Below, piece after piece: positions 43,482 through 53,507 of a DNA stretch of 64,000 nt (within the stretch, counting starts at the first letter, position 1; the number at the start of each line of letters is the position of its first letter). The stretch spans positions 3,551 to 67,550 of the forward strand of contig CBFHLR010000012.1 in assembly GCA_965656715.1 (NCBI GenBank). The letters run 5' to 3'. Below the pieces are notes generated by a model. The model was not told where the DNA came from, did no database searches, and was given only the letters and a program-made list of their open reading frames with translations. The stretch comes from Coraliomargarita sp. GTDB lineage: Bacteria; Verrucomicrobiota; Verrucomicrobiia; Opitutales; Coraliomargaritaceae. Made by a program: the position numbers and the translations under genes.

Positions 43482-43703
43482 ATGAGGATTACATTATCGA
43501 TACCGGATGCGGTGGCGCACCGCTTTCAAGCTGCGGTTCCTGCGCGTCAGCGTTCGCGTCTGGTGACACGCTTACTTGAGCAGGAATTGTCCGAGCGTGA
43601 CGATTCACTTGCGGCCGCTTGTCGTGCGGCGAATCGAGATCAGAGTCTGGACCGTGAAATTGACGAGTGGCAGGCCTTTGATGACGACGGGGTGACCGAA
43701 TGA
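43482..43703 (+). CDS. Type II antitoxin, ribbon-helix-helix (CopG/MazE-like)
   Basis: 73-aa ORF. The MRITLSIPDAVAHRF... beta-strand plus helices is typical of RHH. It has an acidic C-terminus and overlaps the toxin start by 4 nt. Confidence 0.7.
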   Translation: MRITLSIPDAVAHRFQAAVPARQRSRLVTRLLEQELSERDDSLAAACRAANRDQSLDREIDEWQAFDDDGVTE

Positions 43704-44038
43704 GCGACACGCCAATCAAGCGGGGTGAAATTTGGTGGGTGAGTTTGGATCCTACGCAGGGATCCGAAATCAAGAAAACGCGCCCCTGTGTGGTCTTATC
43801 GCATGACACCTTGAACCGACTGCGTCGCACTGTGGTGGTCATTCCTCTGTCATCGGCTGCAAAACCGCATCCGCCCATCACTCTGCCGATTACTTGTCAG
43901 GGGGATGCGGTTGTCGCTGTTGTGGATCAAATTCGTGCGGTCGGAAAACACAGGCTAAAGTCTAAGATTGAGGCACTTTCTTTGGAGGAATTGGATGAGC
44001 TGTGTCAGGCAGTGTCTACGATTTTGGAGCTCAGATAG
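43700..44038 (+). CDS. mazF: Type II toxin, MazF/PemK family endoribonuclease
   Basis: IKRGEIWWVSLDPTQGSEIKKTRPCVVLS... is the canonical PemK/MazF N-terminal signature. Confidence 0.88.
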   Translation: MSDTPIKRGEIWWVSLDPTQGSEIKKTRPCVVLSHDTLNRLRRTVVVIPLSSAAKPHPPITLPITCQGDAVVAVVDQIRAVGKHRLKSKIEALSLEELDELCQAVSTILELR

Positions 44039-44325
44039 GGCGGGTTATTCATCCGCAGATCAATTAGGCGAGACTCTCGGTCGAAACTGCTTCGCAGTTC
44101 CGCTACAAATTCCTTGCCTGAGTAGAGGAAGTGCGAAGGCACTTTCTATCTTTGCCTAATACCAAGTTCATAAAGGTTTGGCATAGTCGACTCGAACCAG
44201 CGTTTGAGCAGGACAGGAATGTCCTGCCTCCTGTAACAAGCGCTTCTTTTAAAGGAGGGCGGACATGGCTCGGTTCAATCCGTGTTCGGCCTTGTCGCTA
44301 CGCTCGGAACCTGTCCGTCTTTCAA

Positions 44326-44357
44326 GTTATACCTTATTTAAAGTGGTATAATTTTTT
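44326..44357 (+). terminator. Rho-independent terminator-like hairpin in the long mazF-distal spacer
   Basis: GTTATACC / GGTATAAT stem, 11-nt loop, then T6 (44352-44357). Confidence 0.5.
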
Positions 44358-44447
44358 GCCGTTTAACTGATGCCAGTTGTTGCAAGCTCTGGGCGGGCGC
44401 GTCGACTTCGGCAAGCTCAGTGCAGGCAAGTCCCGTCCCTACGAATG

Positions 44448-44475
44448 AAAAAAGGCAGCCGCGGTTGCGGCTACC
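44448..44475 (-). terminator. Rho-independent terminator of the TonB cluster (after the repeat array)
   Basis: An A6 run on the + strand, then GGCAGCCGC / GCGGCTACC stem (one mismatch) with a GGTT loop. On the minus strand this reads as hairpin plus U-run. Confidence 0.6.
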
Positions 44476-44507
44476 TTTGGAAAAGTCTGACCTCTGACCT
44501 TTGAGCT

Positions 44508-44681
44508 GCTAGCTCTGCGATTTAGCGGCTATTGGTCCGGTTCGCTGCGCGGCCGGTCATGTCGTCGCTGCGCTCCTCGGAACAACGAACGGCGGCTAAC
44601 TCTGCGATTTAGCTGCACGTGGTCCGGTCTGCGATGCATCCGGTCTTGTCGCTGCGCTCGGAACTACGAGAGAGGCTACTA
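44508..44681 (-). repeat. Tandem array of family C units (87-nt period) that includes the last codons of the TPR gene
   Basis: Units start at 44508, 44595 and 44675 (+ coordinates). Read on the minus strand, each unit begins GCT AAR TCN CAG RGN TAG (AAKSQ[GS]*). Only the copy at 44679-44696 is the real gene end. Confidence 0.8.
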
Positions 44682-46046
44682 ACCCTGAGACTTAGCTGCT
44701 CTCTCTACGCGTGTGAGGTAGTCTTGCAGGTTGTTATCGTGCTTGAGCTTGAGTGCTTTTCGGATCATTGGGACGGCATCGACGTAGTTGCCGTTGCGAA
44801 CCAGTGTTTGTGCGTGTGCAACCAAGGCGTCGCGTTCGAAGGCTTCGATCTTCTTGGCTTCGTCGTAGCGTGTGGTTGCTTCAGGCAGCATGTCCTTGTC
44901 CGCATAGTTGTTCGCGAGCTCGATCATTGCTTCACCGTTGAGCACGTCTTGCTCAACAATCTTGGTGAGTGTTGCGATCGCTGCGTCAGTGTCGCCTTCG
45001 GAGCGGGCAATCTTAGCGGTGAGTGTGAGTAGGTCGAGGTCTTGCTCTTGGCTGAGCGAGTCGCCGAGCGTTTCACGAGTCTTCGTGATCATTGCTTTGG
45101 ACTCATCGTAGTTGCCGGTGCGAGTGAGGATCTCAGCCGCGCGAATGAGTGCTTTCCCGTCGCCTGCTTCTGCAATGTCTGCGGCTGCGAGGTAGGCATT
45201 GAGTGCCAGCGTTGGCGACTCGTTGTTCATGTAGATGTCGCCTAGGAGGGTCAGTGTGCTCAGGTCGGCGTTCCCCATGCGGCGGACGATTTCGAGATTC
45301 TTCGCCGCGATGAGTGGCTTGCCGGCACCGATGTAAGCGTTGCTTTGTAGGAGCCAGAAGTCGGTGTTGTCGGGTTGATCCTTGAGGAGTGTGTCGAACA
45401 GTGCGATCGCGACGTCGAAGCGCTCGGTTTCGAGCAGGCAGCGTGCGAGACCGACTTTCCAGTCGTTTACTTCAGGCTGCATCAGGATGGCCTGACGGTA
45501 GGCAGCGTCGGCTGCGTAGTAGCGTTCCTCAGTGAGGTAAGCGTATCCAAGAAGTCCATACGAGCGGCCATCCACTTCACCGAGGTCCATTGCCTTGGAG
45601 ATGACAGGAATCGCTTCCTTGAACTTGCCAGCCTGAACGAGGACGAGTCCGAGGTTCTTGTAGGCGCGGCGGAAGTCTGGGTGCTTCTTGGTAGCAGTCA
45701 GGTAGAACTGCTCTGCCTTGGCTAGGTTGCCTTCCTGGAAGTAAAGGTTGGCGAGGATGAAGTCGAAGGCTGCGCTGGTGTCGGCAGTGATCTGTGGCTC
45801 GAGCTGCTGAATGGCGACCTTCGGGCTCGCTTTAATCAGGTCGATCAGGCCACGGAGTGCTTCCTTCTCCTCTTCGGAGATCTTTGGCTCATAGCCAGCA
45901 AGGAAACCATAGTCACCGAGGAACTCCTTAATGAATGTTGGGTTGTCCCATTGGTTGCTTGCCGGGTTTGCGACGTCGGATTGTGCGCTGAGGCTGCCAG
46001 CTGCGAGGCTCGCCCCAAGGAGAATGCTTTGAATGTATGTGCGCAT
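44679..46046 (-). CDS. TPR-repeat periplasmic protein (TtpD-like member of the TonB2-type cluster)
   Basis: 455-aa ORF with a signal peptide and many TPR-like repeats. It is the last gene of the cluster. Confidence 0.8.
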   Translation of the reverse strand: MRTYIQSILLGASLAAGSLSAQSDVANPASNQWDNPTFIKEFLGDYGFLAGYEPKISEEEKEALRGLIDLIKASPKVAIQQLEPQITADTSAAFDFILANLYFQEGNLAKAEQFYLTATKKHPDFRRAYKNLGLVLVQAGKFKEAIPVISKAMDLGEVDGRSYGLLGYAYLTEERYYAADAAYRQAILMQPEVNDWKVGLARCLLETERFDVAIALFDTLLKDQPDNTDFWLLQSNAYIGAGKPLIAAKNLEIVRRMGNADLSTLTLLGDIYMNNESPTLALNAYLAAADIAEAGDGKALIRAAEILTRTGNYDESKAMITKTRETLGDSLSQEQDLDLLTLTAKIARSEGDTDAAIATLTKIVEQDVLNGEAMIELANNYADKDMLPEATTRYDEAKKIEAFERDALVAHAQTLVRNGNYVDAVPMIRKALKLKHDNNLQDYLTRVERAAKSQG

Positions 46047-46088
46047 GATGTTTAAGTGGGAAAGTGTAAATGTGAAAAGTGGTAAGGC

Positions 46089-46736
46089 TTATTTGAATGG
46101 CACTGCGGCGAACATACGGACCTTAACAGGCTTGCCGCCCTTGGTTGCTGGTTCGAATCGTGTGCGCTTAATGGTGTTGATCACAGCTTTGCTCAAAAGA
46201 TCAGATGGAGACTCTTTAACGTTAATGCTCTCGACGATGCCTTTTTCGCTGACGATATATTCAATGCGAACGACACCCTTAATCTTTTTGGCTTTGGCTG
46301 GTTTCTTGAACTCTACTTGAGTCTTCGGCTTGGGTGGCGAGTCCACGTCACCGAGGTCGAAGATTTCGAGTCCTCCGAGATCCTTTTGACCGACTTCAAA
46401 GCTAGGGAGTGCGAAGTCGCCGCCCATGGCTCCGCCAGTGCCTGGTTCCAATGCCATATCGAGCATGTCGAGTGACAGTGGTGGCGGTGGTGTGTCTAAT
46501 TCGGGTGGTGGCTCTTCTTGCTCCGGTTCCGGTGGAGGCGGTGGCTCGTCCGGTGGAGGTGGAGGCGGTGGTGGTGCCACTGCGATCGCGTCGATTTCCT
46601 CAGATGGCTTCGGTGGCGCAGTGAAAATCTGCGAGAGTGCGATGCCGACGAAAATGAGCACACTCATCGCCAAGCCAAAGAGTGCACCTCCGACGAGTGT
46701 GCCTTTGCCTTGGGGTGGTTTGTATACGGATGACAT
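46089..46736 (-). CDS. tonB: Energy transducer TonB
   Basis: N-terminal TM helix, a Pro-rich spacer (PPPPPPPPDEPPPPPEPEQEEPPPELDTPPPP) and a TonB C-terminal domain. Confidence 0.9.
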   Translation of the reverse strand: MSSVYKPPQGKGTLVGGALFGLAMSVLIFVGIALSQIFTAPPKPSEEIDAIAVAPPPPPPPPDEPPPPPEPEQEEPPPELDTPPPPLSLDMLDMALEPGTGGAMGGDFALPSFEVGQKDLGGLEIFDLGDVDSPPKPKTQVEFKKPAKAKKIKGVVRIEYIVSEKGIVESINVKESPSDLLSKAVINTIKRTRFEPATKGGKPVKVRMFAAVPFK

Positions 46737-46838
46737 CTACTAAAGTGGGAAAGTTATAAGTGGGAATGTGAGAAGGTGTGAGAACGGTTACTTTTTACTT
46801 TGCTACATTCGCACCTTCATACGCTCGCCTTAGCGAGT

Positions 46839-47237
<399 letters not shown>

Positions 47238-47282
47238 TTTACGAAAGGTGTGAAAGTGAAATGTATGAAAGTGGGAAGGTGA

Positions 47283-47864
47283 TTAATCGAGGTTCAGCTT
47301 GGTGAGGCTGAGGGATTCGATACGAGCGAGTGCGGCTTCGATCGCGTGTTTGCGGCGACGAATGATCAAGGTCAGGAAGATGCCGGGCAGGGCGATGAAG
47401 AGTCCTGTCTGTGTCGTGATCAGTGCTTCGGAAATACCTGCAGCAACCACGTCGACTGTTTCCGCTCCAGCGCTTGAGGAGAGACCCGCGAAAGTCGCGA
47501 GCATACCAATAACGGTTCCGAGTAGGCCCATGAGTGGAGCTGCGGCAACGAGTGTGTTGAGGAAGATTAACTGACGCTCGATCTTGTGAAGCATTGCTTG
47601 ACGCACTTCTTCGAAACGATTGCGCACGTGCTTGGCTGCGCTGACGTTTTCCTGTGTGTAGCGAATGATCTCACCGGCGCGGCCCTTGGCTTTGCTTGGG
47701 TCGTAGATCCAGCTTAGCCATTCGGTTTCATTGCCGAGTTGCACATTGCCCTTGCGCAGGAATAGCAGCAGCTGAATGCCCATTGAGTAAATCACCAATG
47801 CCAGCAGGGCGAGTGGGATCATGACCCAGCCGCCGCTCACCCAGATGTCTATGAATTTTTGCAT
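47283..47864 (-). CDS. exbB: MotA/TolQ/ExbB proton-channel protein
   Basis: 193-aa ORF with three TM helices and the conserved [14 protein letters not shown]...ALITTQTGL segment. Confidence 0.9.
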   Translation of the reverse strand: MQKFIDIWVSGGWVMIPLALLALVIYSMGIQLLLFLRKGNVQLGNETEWLSWIYDPSKAKGRAGEIIRYTQENVSAAKHVRNRFEEVRQAMLHKIERQLIFLNTLVAAAPLMGLLGTVIGMLATFAGLSSSAGAETVDVVAAGISEALITTQTGLFIALPGIFLTLIIRRRKHAIEAALARIESLSLTKLNLD

Positions 47865-47891
47865 GGGATGCTGTGCTGCAGAATGTGCGGC

Positions 47892-49301
47892 TTACTGATC
47901 CTTGTTCTTGGAGCCAACGACACCGTTGATGAAACCAACAGCGGATTGCTCCATGTCGCCGATCTTCTGACGAGCCATGCGGGAGAGCACGCCGTGAAGA
48001 ATCAGAGCAGGAATCGCAACGACCAGTCCGAGTGCGGTGGTCACCAGCGCTTCGGAGATACCGGAGGAGAGGCTCTTCGCGTCACCGGTGCCGAAGATGG
48101 TGATCAGCTGGAAAGTCTTGATCATACCTGTCACGGTTCCGAGCAGACCGAGGAGCGGTGCTGCTGCTGCGGTGAGTGCCATGAATGGCAGGAAGCGTTC
48201 AAGCTTCGGGCGAACCGCGAGGATCTTTTCGTAAAGAATTTCTTCAAGCGTGCCGCGCTTTTCGTCGGCGCACTCAACACCCTTGCGGATGAGGTCACCG
48301 CCCGCGCCCGGCATGTCGGAAGCAATCTTGTGTGCTTCGTCTTGCTTGCCGGATTCAAGTGAGCTGAGAACCTTTTGGATCTGCTCAGGAGCTGCGGTTT
48401 TGAAGCTGACGATCTCACCGATCTTGATGAGGCCGAGGATCGCGCAAACTGCACCCAGACCAAGGATCACGTAACCGACGATGCCGCCCTGTTGGACACG
48501 CTCGCCGAGGCCGATGCTGCCTTGTTCGATCTTGAGTGCTTTGCCAAGTGTGACGTCGGCTGGAAGGTCACCTTCACCGGTTTCAACGAGTTGACGGATG
48601 CCCGCTGCGAACTCAGGGCCAGGCACTGCGACGGCTGCTTCGGCTGCGTTGAGCTTAGTCACTGCAAGGCCAGCAAGATCGGATTGGCTGGATGCGAAAT
48701 AGACGTTCGGGCCGAAGGTGGCGAATTTACCTTCGACGATGTCGCCGTTGGGTGCGAGTGCGAGACCTTCGAACTGGTAACCACCGACTAGCTTTTCAAG
48801 ACGGTCGAGTGCCACGCCGATGACTTCGACTTGCTTGGAGAAGCGGTCAGCTTGTGTCATGTCGGAGTCTTCCAGAGCGAGTTTCGCCTCTTTGGTTGCG
48901 TCCAAGTAGAGTTGCTGCTCGGAGTAGTCGATGCGTGTTTCGAAGGAGCGAACAAACTCATCGAGCAGGCTCGCTGCGTAGTCGTTTTGCGCTTTGATGC
49001 CGTCCACGCGTTCCTTGAGGCGGAGCAGGCCGCTCTCGGTGTTGTCGCGGAGGCGACGGAGGCGCTTGAGCTCGGTGTCTTGTTGACGCACTTCGTCTTC
49101 AAGCTTGGAGACTTCGCGGATGAGAGGGATCTTTTCCTTCGCGATCTCGGCGCGTGTTGTGCTGAGTTCTTTAATCGCCTGGTCGAGGTCAGCTTTGGCT
49201 TGTTGCTCGGCTTGGCTGAAGGATTGCGCGGATAGCTGGGCAAATGGCAGAGCAAGTGCGGCAGCGGTGAGCGCGAGAAGAGATTTTGCTTTAGTTTGCA
49301 T
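47892..49301 (-). CDS. Long MotA/TolQ/ExbB family protein with an N-terminal periplasmic coiled-coil (TtpC-like)
   Basis: 469-aa ORF with a signal peptide, about 250 aa of coiled-coil/periplasmic region, and a C-terminal ExbB channel ([15 protein letters not shown]...ALVTTALGL). Confidence 0.85.
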   Translation of the reverse strand: MQTKAKSLLALTAAALALPFAQLSAQSFSQAEQQAKADLDQAIKELSTTRAEIAKEKIPLIREVSKLEDEVRQQDTELKRLRRLRDNTESGLLRLKERVDGIKAQNDYAASLLDEFVRSFETRIDYSEQQLYLDATKEAKLALEDSDMTQADRFSKQVEVIGVALDRLEKLVGGYQFEGLALAPNGDIVEGKFATFGPNVYFASSQSDLAGLAVTKLNAAEAAVAVPGPEFAAGIRQLVETGEGDLPADVTLGKALKIEQGSIGLGERVQQGGIVGYVILGLGAVCAILGLIKIGEIVSFKTAAPEQIQKVLSSLESGKQDEAHKIASDMPGAGGDLIRKGVECADEKRGTLEEILYEKILAVRPKLERFLPFMALTAAAAPLLGLLGTVTGMIKTFQLITIFGTGDAKSLSSGISEALVTTALGLVVAIPALILHGVLSRMARQKIGDMEQSAVGFINGVVGSKNKDQ

Positions 49302-49321
49302 GACGATGCGAAAGTTAGGCT

Positions 49322-50077
49322 TTAGTTAATGCGAGCAGGAACTGCGACGAACTCAGGTTCGAGTCCTTCGTAGATGTCGATAAGCTTCTTGATTTGTGGT
49401 CCGGCACCAGCGATTTCCGGCCAATCCCAGCCTTCTGCACTTGGCACGCCGATACCTGCATAGCTGCCGGAATCATCCACATAGTAAGCCATTGCGAGGC
49501 CCCAGTAGATGGTGGTGACTTGCACGAGCTTGCCCTCGCTGATTTCGCGGGATTCGCTGGTAATTGTGAGTGTGGTGTTCCATTTGTCGGTTTGGCTGAG
49601 AATACCGACGATGTTTTGCACGCGCTCACCCATGGAGAGTTTGGTGTCTTCCGGATTGTCGGGCAGGCGACGAATGAGTGGCTTGAGCTTTTCGACCAGT
49701 GGCTCAGGCAGCGTCTTAACGATGGCCTTCATTTGAGTCTCGAGGGCGCCGATTTGGCCAAGCACGATAGCGGAGCCTGCTTCGAGTTCTTCTTTCTCCT
49801 CGGTCAGCTTTGTGCGATCCTCGGTGGCGGCAGTCGCAGTGTCTTCGAGTTCCTTGATCGCGTTGTTGAGGCGCTCAAGCTCGTTGGTCAGCAGCGTCTC
49901 TGTGTCTTTGAGGATAGATTGTTCTAGCTTCCAGTCGCTCTGCTCTTTAGAGATGAGCTGGTTGGTCTCGACCCACTGATCGAGCACGTTACGTGTGTTC
50001 TCCAGATCGTCCGCGTTGGCAATCTGCGTGAAGGAAGCGGCTCCGAGAGCTAGTCCGAGTAAAAGTTTTGCTTTCAT
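49322..50077 (-). CDS. DUF3450-family periplasmic protein (TtpB-like)
   Basis: 251-aa ORF with a signal peptide and a coiled-coil. ...[10 protein letters not shown]... and ...[14 protein letters not shown]... are typical of DUF3450. It is the first gene of the cluster. Confidence 0.75.
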   Translation of the reverse strand: MKAKLLLGLALGAASFTQIANADDLENTRNVLDQWVETNQLISKEQSDWKLEQSILKDTETLLTNELERLNNAIKELEDTATAATEDRTKLTEEKEELEAGSAIVLGQIGALETQMKAIVKTLPEPLVEKLKPLIRRLPDNPEDTKLSMGERVQNIVGILSQTDKWNTTLTITSESREISEGKLVQVTTIYWGLAMAYYVDDSGSYAGIGVPSAEGWDWPEIAGAGPQIKKLIDIYEGLEPEFVAVPARIN

Positions 50078-50265
50078 AAGGTTGAATGAAGGCGACGGAA
50101 CTAGCAGAAAGGTTTTTGAAATGAAAGAAACGTAAAGTTAAGCTTCGGTGACGAATGTTACGTAAATGTGAAGTGAATGTGAGCGCTTCGTTTCGGGAAT
50201 TTGCTATGGCTCGTTTGCTGTCACAATTGAGCGCGCTTTCAGGGGAGTAGATTTTGATTTGTTGT

Positions 50266-50347
50266 GTAGGGGCGTGTCTTGACGCGCCCGCCTGACTGTG
50301 GGCGTTTGCTTTCGATTTGGCGGGCGTGCCAAGGCTCGCCCCTACGG
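50266..50347. repeat. Inverted pair of family B GC-hairpin repeats upstream of rnpB
   Basis: 50266-50292 reads GTAGGGGCGTGTCTTGACGCGCCCGCC (reverse orientation) and 50319-50347 reads GGCGGGCGTGCCAAGGCTCGCCCCTACGG (forward). Confidence 0.7.
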
Positions 50348-50404
50348 GTTTTGTTGTGTGAAATTCGCGCCTTGTCTTCTGCAGATGGATCGCGCAGCCT
50401 GCGA

Positions 50405-50800
<396 letters not shown>

Positions 50801-50815
50801 CTTTTCATCTTCTTT

Positions 50816-50895
50816 AGGGGCGTGCGTTTCGCGCGCCCGTTCAATGTGTCATGTAGACTTTATTTGTGGCGGGCGCGTCAAGTCGCGCCCCTACG
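50816..50895. repeat. Inverted pair of family B GC-hairpin repeats downstream of rnpB
   Basis: 50816-50839 reads AGGGGCGTGCGTTTCGCGCGCCCG (reverse) and 50868-50895 reads GGCGGGCGCGTCAAGTCGCGCCCCTACG (forward). The arrangement mirrors the upstream pair. Confidence 0.7.
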
Positions 50896-50979
50896 TCCTC
50901 TACGATAAAGCAGTTGCATCGCGGGGCTGTGGGCGTTTACTGGCGCCTTTCACACTAACTTAACGAGCTTCAACACACT

Positions 50980-52158
50980 ATGATCGTAAAACCCCGTATC
51001 CGAGGATTTGTTTGTATTACCGCCCACCCAACTGGCTGTGAGGCCAAAGTTCGTCAGGAGATCGAAGTCGCCAAGGCGGCAAAGAAGGAGGGCGGGCCGA
51101 AGAAGGTTCTCGTGATCGGTGCTTCGACAGGATATGGATTATCGACGCGTATCGCATCGGCCTTTGGCCACGATGCCGCTACCTTTGGTGTGTTCTTCGA
51201 GCGTCCATCGCTGAAGGGAAAGCCTGCTAGTGCGGGATGGTATAACTCAGTCGCGTTTGAAAAGGCCGCACATGAAGCGGGCCTGTATGCGAAGAGCATT
51301 AACGGTGATGCCTTCTCGAATGAGATCAAGGAGCAGACCATCGCTCAGGTCAAAGAAGACCTAGGCCAGGTCGATTTGGTGGTCTACAGCTTGGCGTCTC
51401 CGCGTCGCACCGACCCAACGACCGGTGAAACTTATAAGTCCTGCCTGAAGCCAACGGGTGATACCTTCACGAACCGCTCGCTGGATACCGATAAGGCTGA
51501 GGTGAACGAGGTGACTATCGAGCCTGCTGCGGGTGATGATATTGCGCACACCATTAAGGTGATGGGTGGTGAGGACTGGGAGCTTTGGATGAAGGCGCTT
51601 TCTGAGGCAGGTGTGCTTGCTCCGGGTGCAAAGTCGGTTGCGTATTCTTACATCGGGCCAGAAGTTACTTGGCCGGTTTATACAAATGGCACCATCGGTG
51701 CTGCGAAGAAGGATGTGGAGCGCGCGGCGGCAGCGATCACTGAAGCATACGACTGCGAAGCGTATGTTTCCGTCAACAAGGCTGTGGTGACCCAAGCGAG
51801 TTCGGCGATTCCAGTCGTGCCATTGTATATCTCGATTTTGTTCAAGCTGATGAAGGCGAAGGGCAATCACGAAGACTGCATCGAGCAGTCCGTCCGCTTG
51901 CTCAATGAACGTCTCTATGGTGGTGACCTGCAGCTCGATGATGCGGGCCGTATTCGTATCGACGACTGGGAGATGCAGGACGACATCCAGGCTGCGGTCG
52001 AAGAGATCTGGCCAAAGATCACGACTGAGACTTTGCGTGAGCTTTCTGACTTTGATGGCTATCAGGAGAACTTTCTCAACCTCTTTGGCTTCGGTCTCAA
52101 GGGTGTCGATTACGACGCCGAGGTGGAAGTGGACCTGCCGCTGCCGAGTGCCAACTAG
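50980..52158 (+). CDS. fabV: Enoyl-[acyl-carrier-protein] reductase FabV (trans-2-enoyl-CoA reductase family)
   Basis: MIVKPRIRGFVCITAHPTGCEAKV... is the diagnostic FabV N-terminus. VLVIGASTGYGL and YSLASPRR are also present. Confidence 0.92.
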   Translation: MIVKPRIRGFVCITAHPTGCEAKVRQEIEVAKAAKKEGGPKKVLVIGASTGYGLSTRIASAFGHDAATFGVFFERPSLKGKPASAGWYNSVAFEKAAHEAGLYAKSINGDAFSNEIKEQTIAQVKEDLGQVDLVVYSLASPRRTDPTTGETYKSCLKPTGDTFTNRSLDTDKAEVNEVTIEPAAGDDIAHTIKVMGGEDWELWMKALSEAGVLAPGAKSVAYSYIGPEVTWPVYTNGTIGAAKKDVERAAAAITEAYDCEAYVSVNKAVVTQASSAIPVVPLYISILFKLMKAKGNHEDCIEQSVRLLNERLYGGDLQLDDAGRIRIDDWEMQDDIQAAVEEIWPKITTETLRELSDFDGYQENFLNLFGFGLKGVDYDAEVEVDLPLPSAN

Positions 52159-52166
52159 AGTCTTAG

Positions 52167-52745
52167 ATGAGCCTAGAGGAGGAGCTTCGTGCACGCAGTA
52201 GTTCTGTCTGTGAGCTATGCTCTGCGACCGTTGGTTTGACTGTTTTGGAAGTCTCGCATGCGCCGGACTCCAGTTCGGATAGTCATGTGATGCTGTGCGC
52301 GACCTGTCGCGAACAGGTCGAGGGCGTTAACAAAATCGATGTGCACCACTGGCATTGCCTGAATGAGAGCATGTGGAGCGAAGTGCCTGCGGTGCAGGTT
52401 CTCGCGTGGCGCTTACTATCGAAGTTGAGCTCAAGTGAAGGCTGGGCCAGTGATTTGCTCGATTCGCTCTATCTTGAAGAAGAGCAGCAACAGTGGGCCG
52501 AAGCAGAGGCAACGGCGGAGGCCTCCGCGCTCAAGCATTATGATGCCAACGGCGCACTGCTCCAGCCCGGCGACACGGTAACGCTCATTAAAGATCTCGT
52601 CGTGAAAGGCGGGGGCTTTACGGCGAAGCGTGGCACGCCCGTGCGAAATGTGACACTCGTTCATGACAACGCTGAGCAGTGTGAGGGCCGCGTGAATGGG
52701 CAACTCATCGTTATTTTAACCAAATATGTGAAAAAGGCGCACTAG
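52167..52745 (+). CDS. PhnA/YjdM-domain zinc-ribbon protein
   Basis: Zinc-ribbon cysteines (CELC...CATC) at the N-terminus. The C-terminal [38 protein letters not shown] resembles E. coli PhnA. Confidence 0.8.
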   Translation: MSLEEELRARSSSVCELCSATVGLTVLEVSHAPDSSSDSHVMLCATCREQVEGVNKIDVHHWHCLNESMWSEVPAVQVLAWRLLSKLSSSEGWASDLLDSLYLEEEQQQWAEAEATAEASALKHYDANGALLQPGDTVTLIKDLVVKGGGFTAKRGTPVRNVTLVHDNAEQCEGRVNGQLIVILTKYVKKAH

Positions 52746-52765
52746 CTCCTAAACTAATTAATCCA

Positions 52766-53437
52766 ATGTCTCGTAAACTACTTCCCATTCTTTGTTCGTT
52801 CGCTATTTTATTCTTCGCCGCTTGTGGCTCCAATGAGGAGGCCCGTTCGGCCGCCCAACCCGAAGTGGAAGCGCCCGTATTGGGTGAGCCGTCTGCGCCT
52901 GTTAAAGCGCCCGCCGGTGTGGAGCAAGTGGTGGATGTTCGTATTGTCATGCAAACCTCTAAAGGTGACATTGAGGGCGTGCTGTATGCGACTAAAACGC
53001 CAGTGACTGTGGCGAATTTCCTGAATTTGGCACGACGTGGTTATTATGATGGGCTGACTTTCCACCGCGTAATCAAGGACTTCATGATTCAAGGGGGCGA
53101 TCCGCGCGGCAATGGCACTGGCGGGCCAGGTTACAAATTTGAAGATGAGATTCGTCGCACACTGCGCCATGATGGTCCTGGCGTTTTTTCCATGGCGAAC
53201 TCGGGCCCGCGCACCAATGGCAGTCAGTTCTTTATTACGCATGTCCAGACGCCGTGGTTGGATAATCGCCACACGGTTTTTGGAAAAGTGACTAAAGGAC
53301 AGCGTGTCGTGAATGCGATCCGTCAGGGTGACGCGATTGAGCGTATTGAGATTTTGGATGCGACGGATGCCTTGTTTGAGGAACAGGCTGGGCGCATCAA
53401 TGAGTGGAATGCCCGTCTGGCAGAGCTGGGCTATTAA
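52766..53437 (+). CDS. Peptidyl-prolyl cis-trans isomerase, cyclophilin type (lipoprotein)
   Basis: Lipobox [42 protein letters not shown]. Confidence 0.92.
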   Translation: MSRKLLPILCSFAILFFAACGSNEEARSAAQPEVEAPVLGEPSAPVKAPAGVEQVVDVRIVMQTSKGDIEGVLYATKTPVTVANFLNLARRGYYDGLTFHRVIKDFMIQGGDPRGNGTGGPGYKFEDEIRRTLRHDGPGVFSMANSGPRTNGSQFFITHVQTPWLDNRHTVFGKVTKGQRVVNAIRQGDAIERIEILDATDALFEEQAGRINEWNARLAELGY

Positions 53438-53507
53438 AATAGAGTTGCCCGTGTCTGCCAAGCGGCTTTCATTTGGGGCAAACGGAACCTGCCGCACCCT
53501 TGCCTGA

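Noticed and set aside
44131-44370. 79-aa plus-strand ORF in the mazF-distal spacer
   Set aside because: There is no start context or recognisable motif. It crosses several perfect hairpins, a repeat fragment and the terminator hairpin, so it is more likely non-coding.
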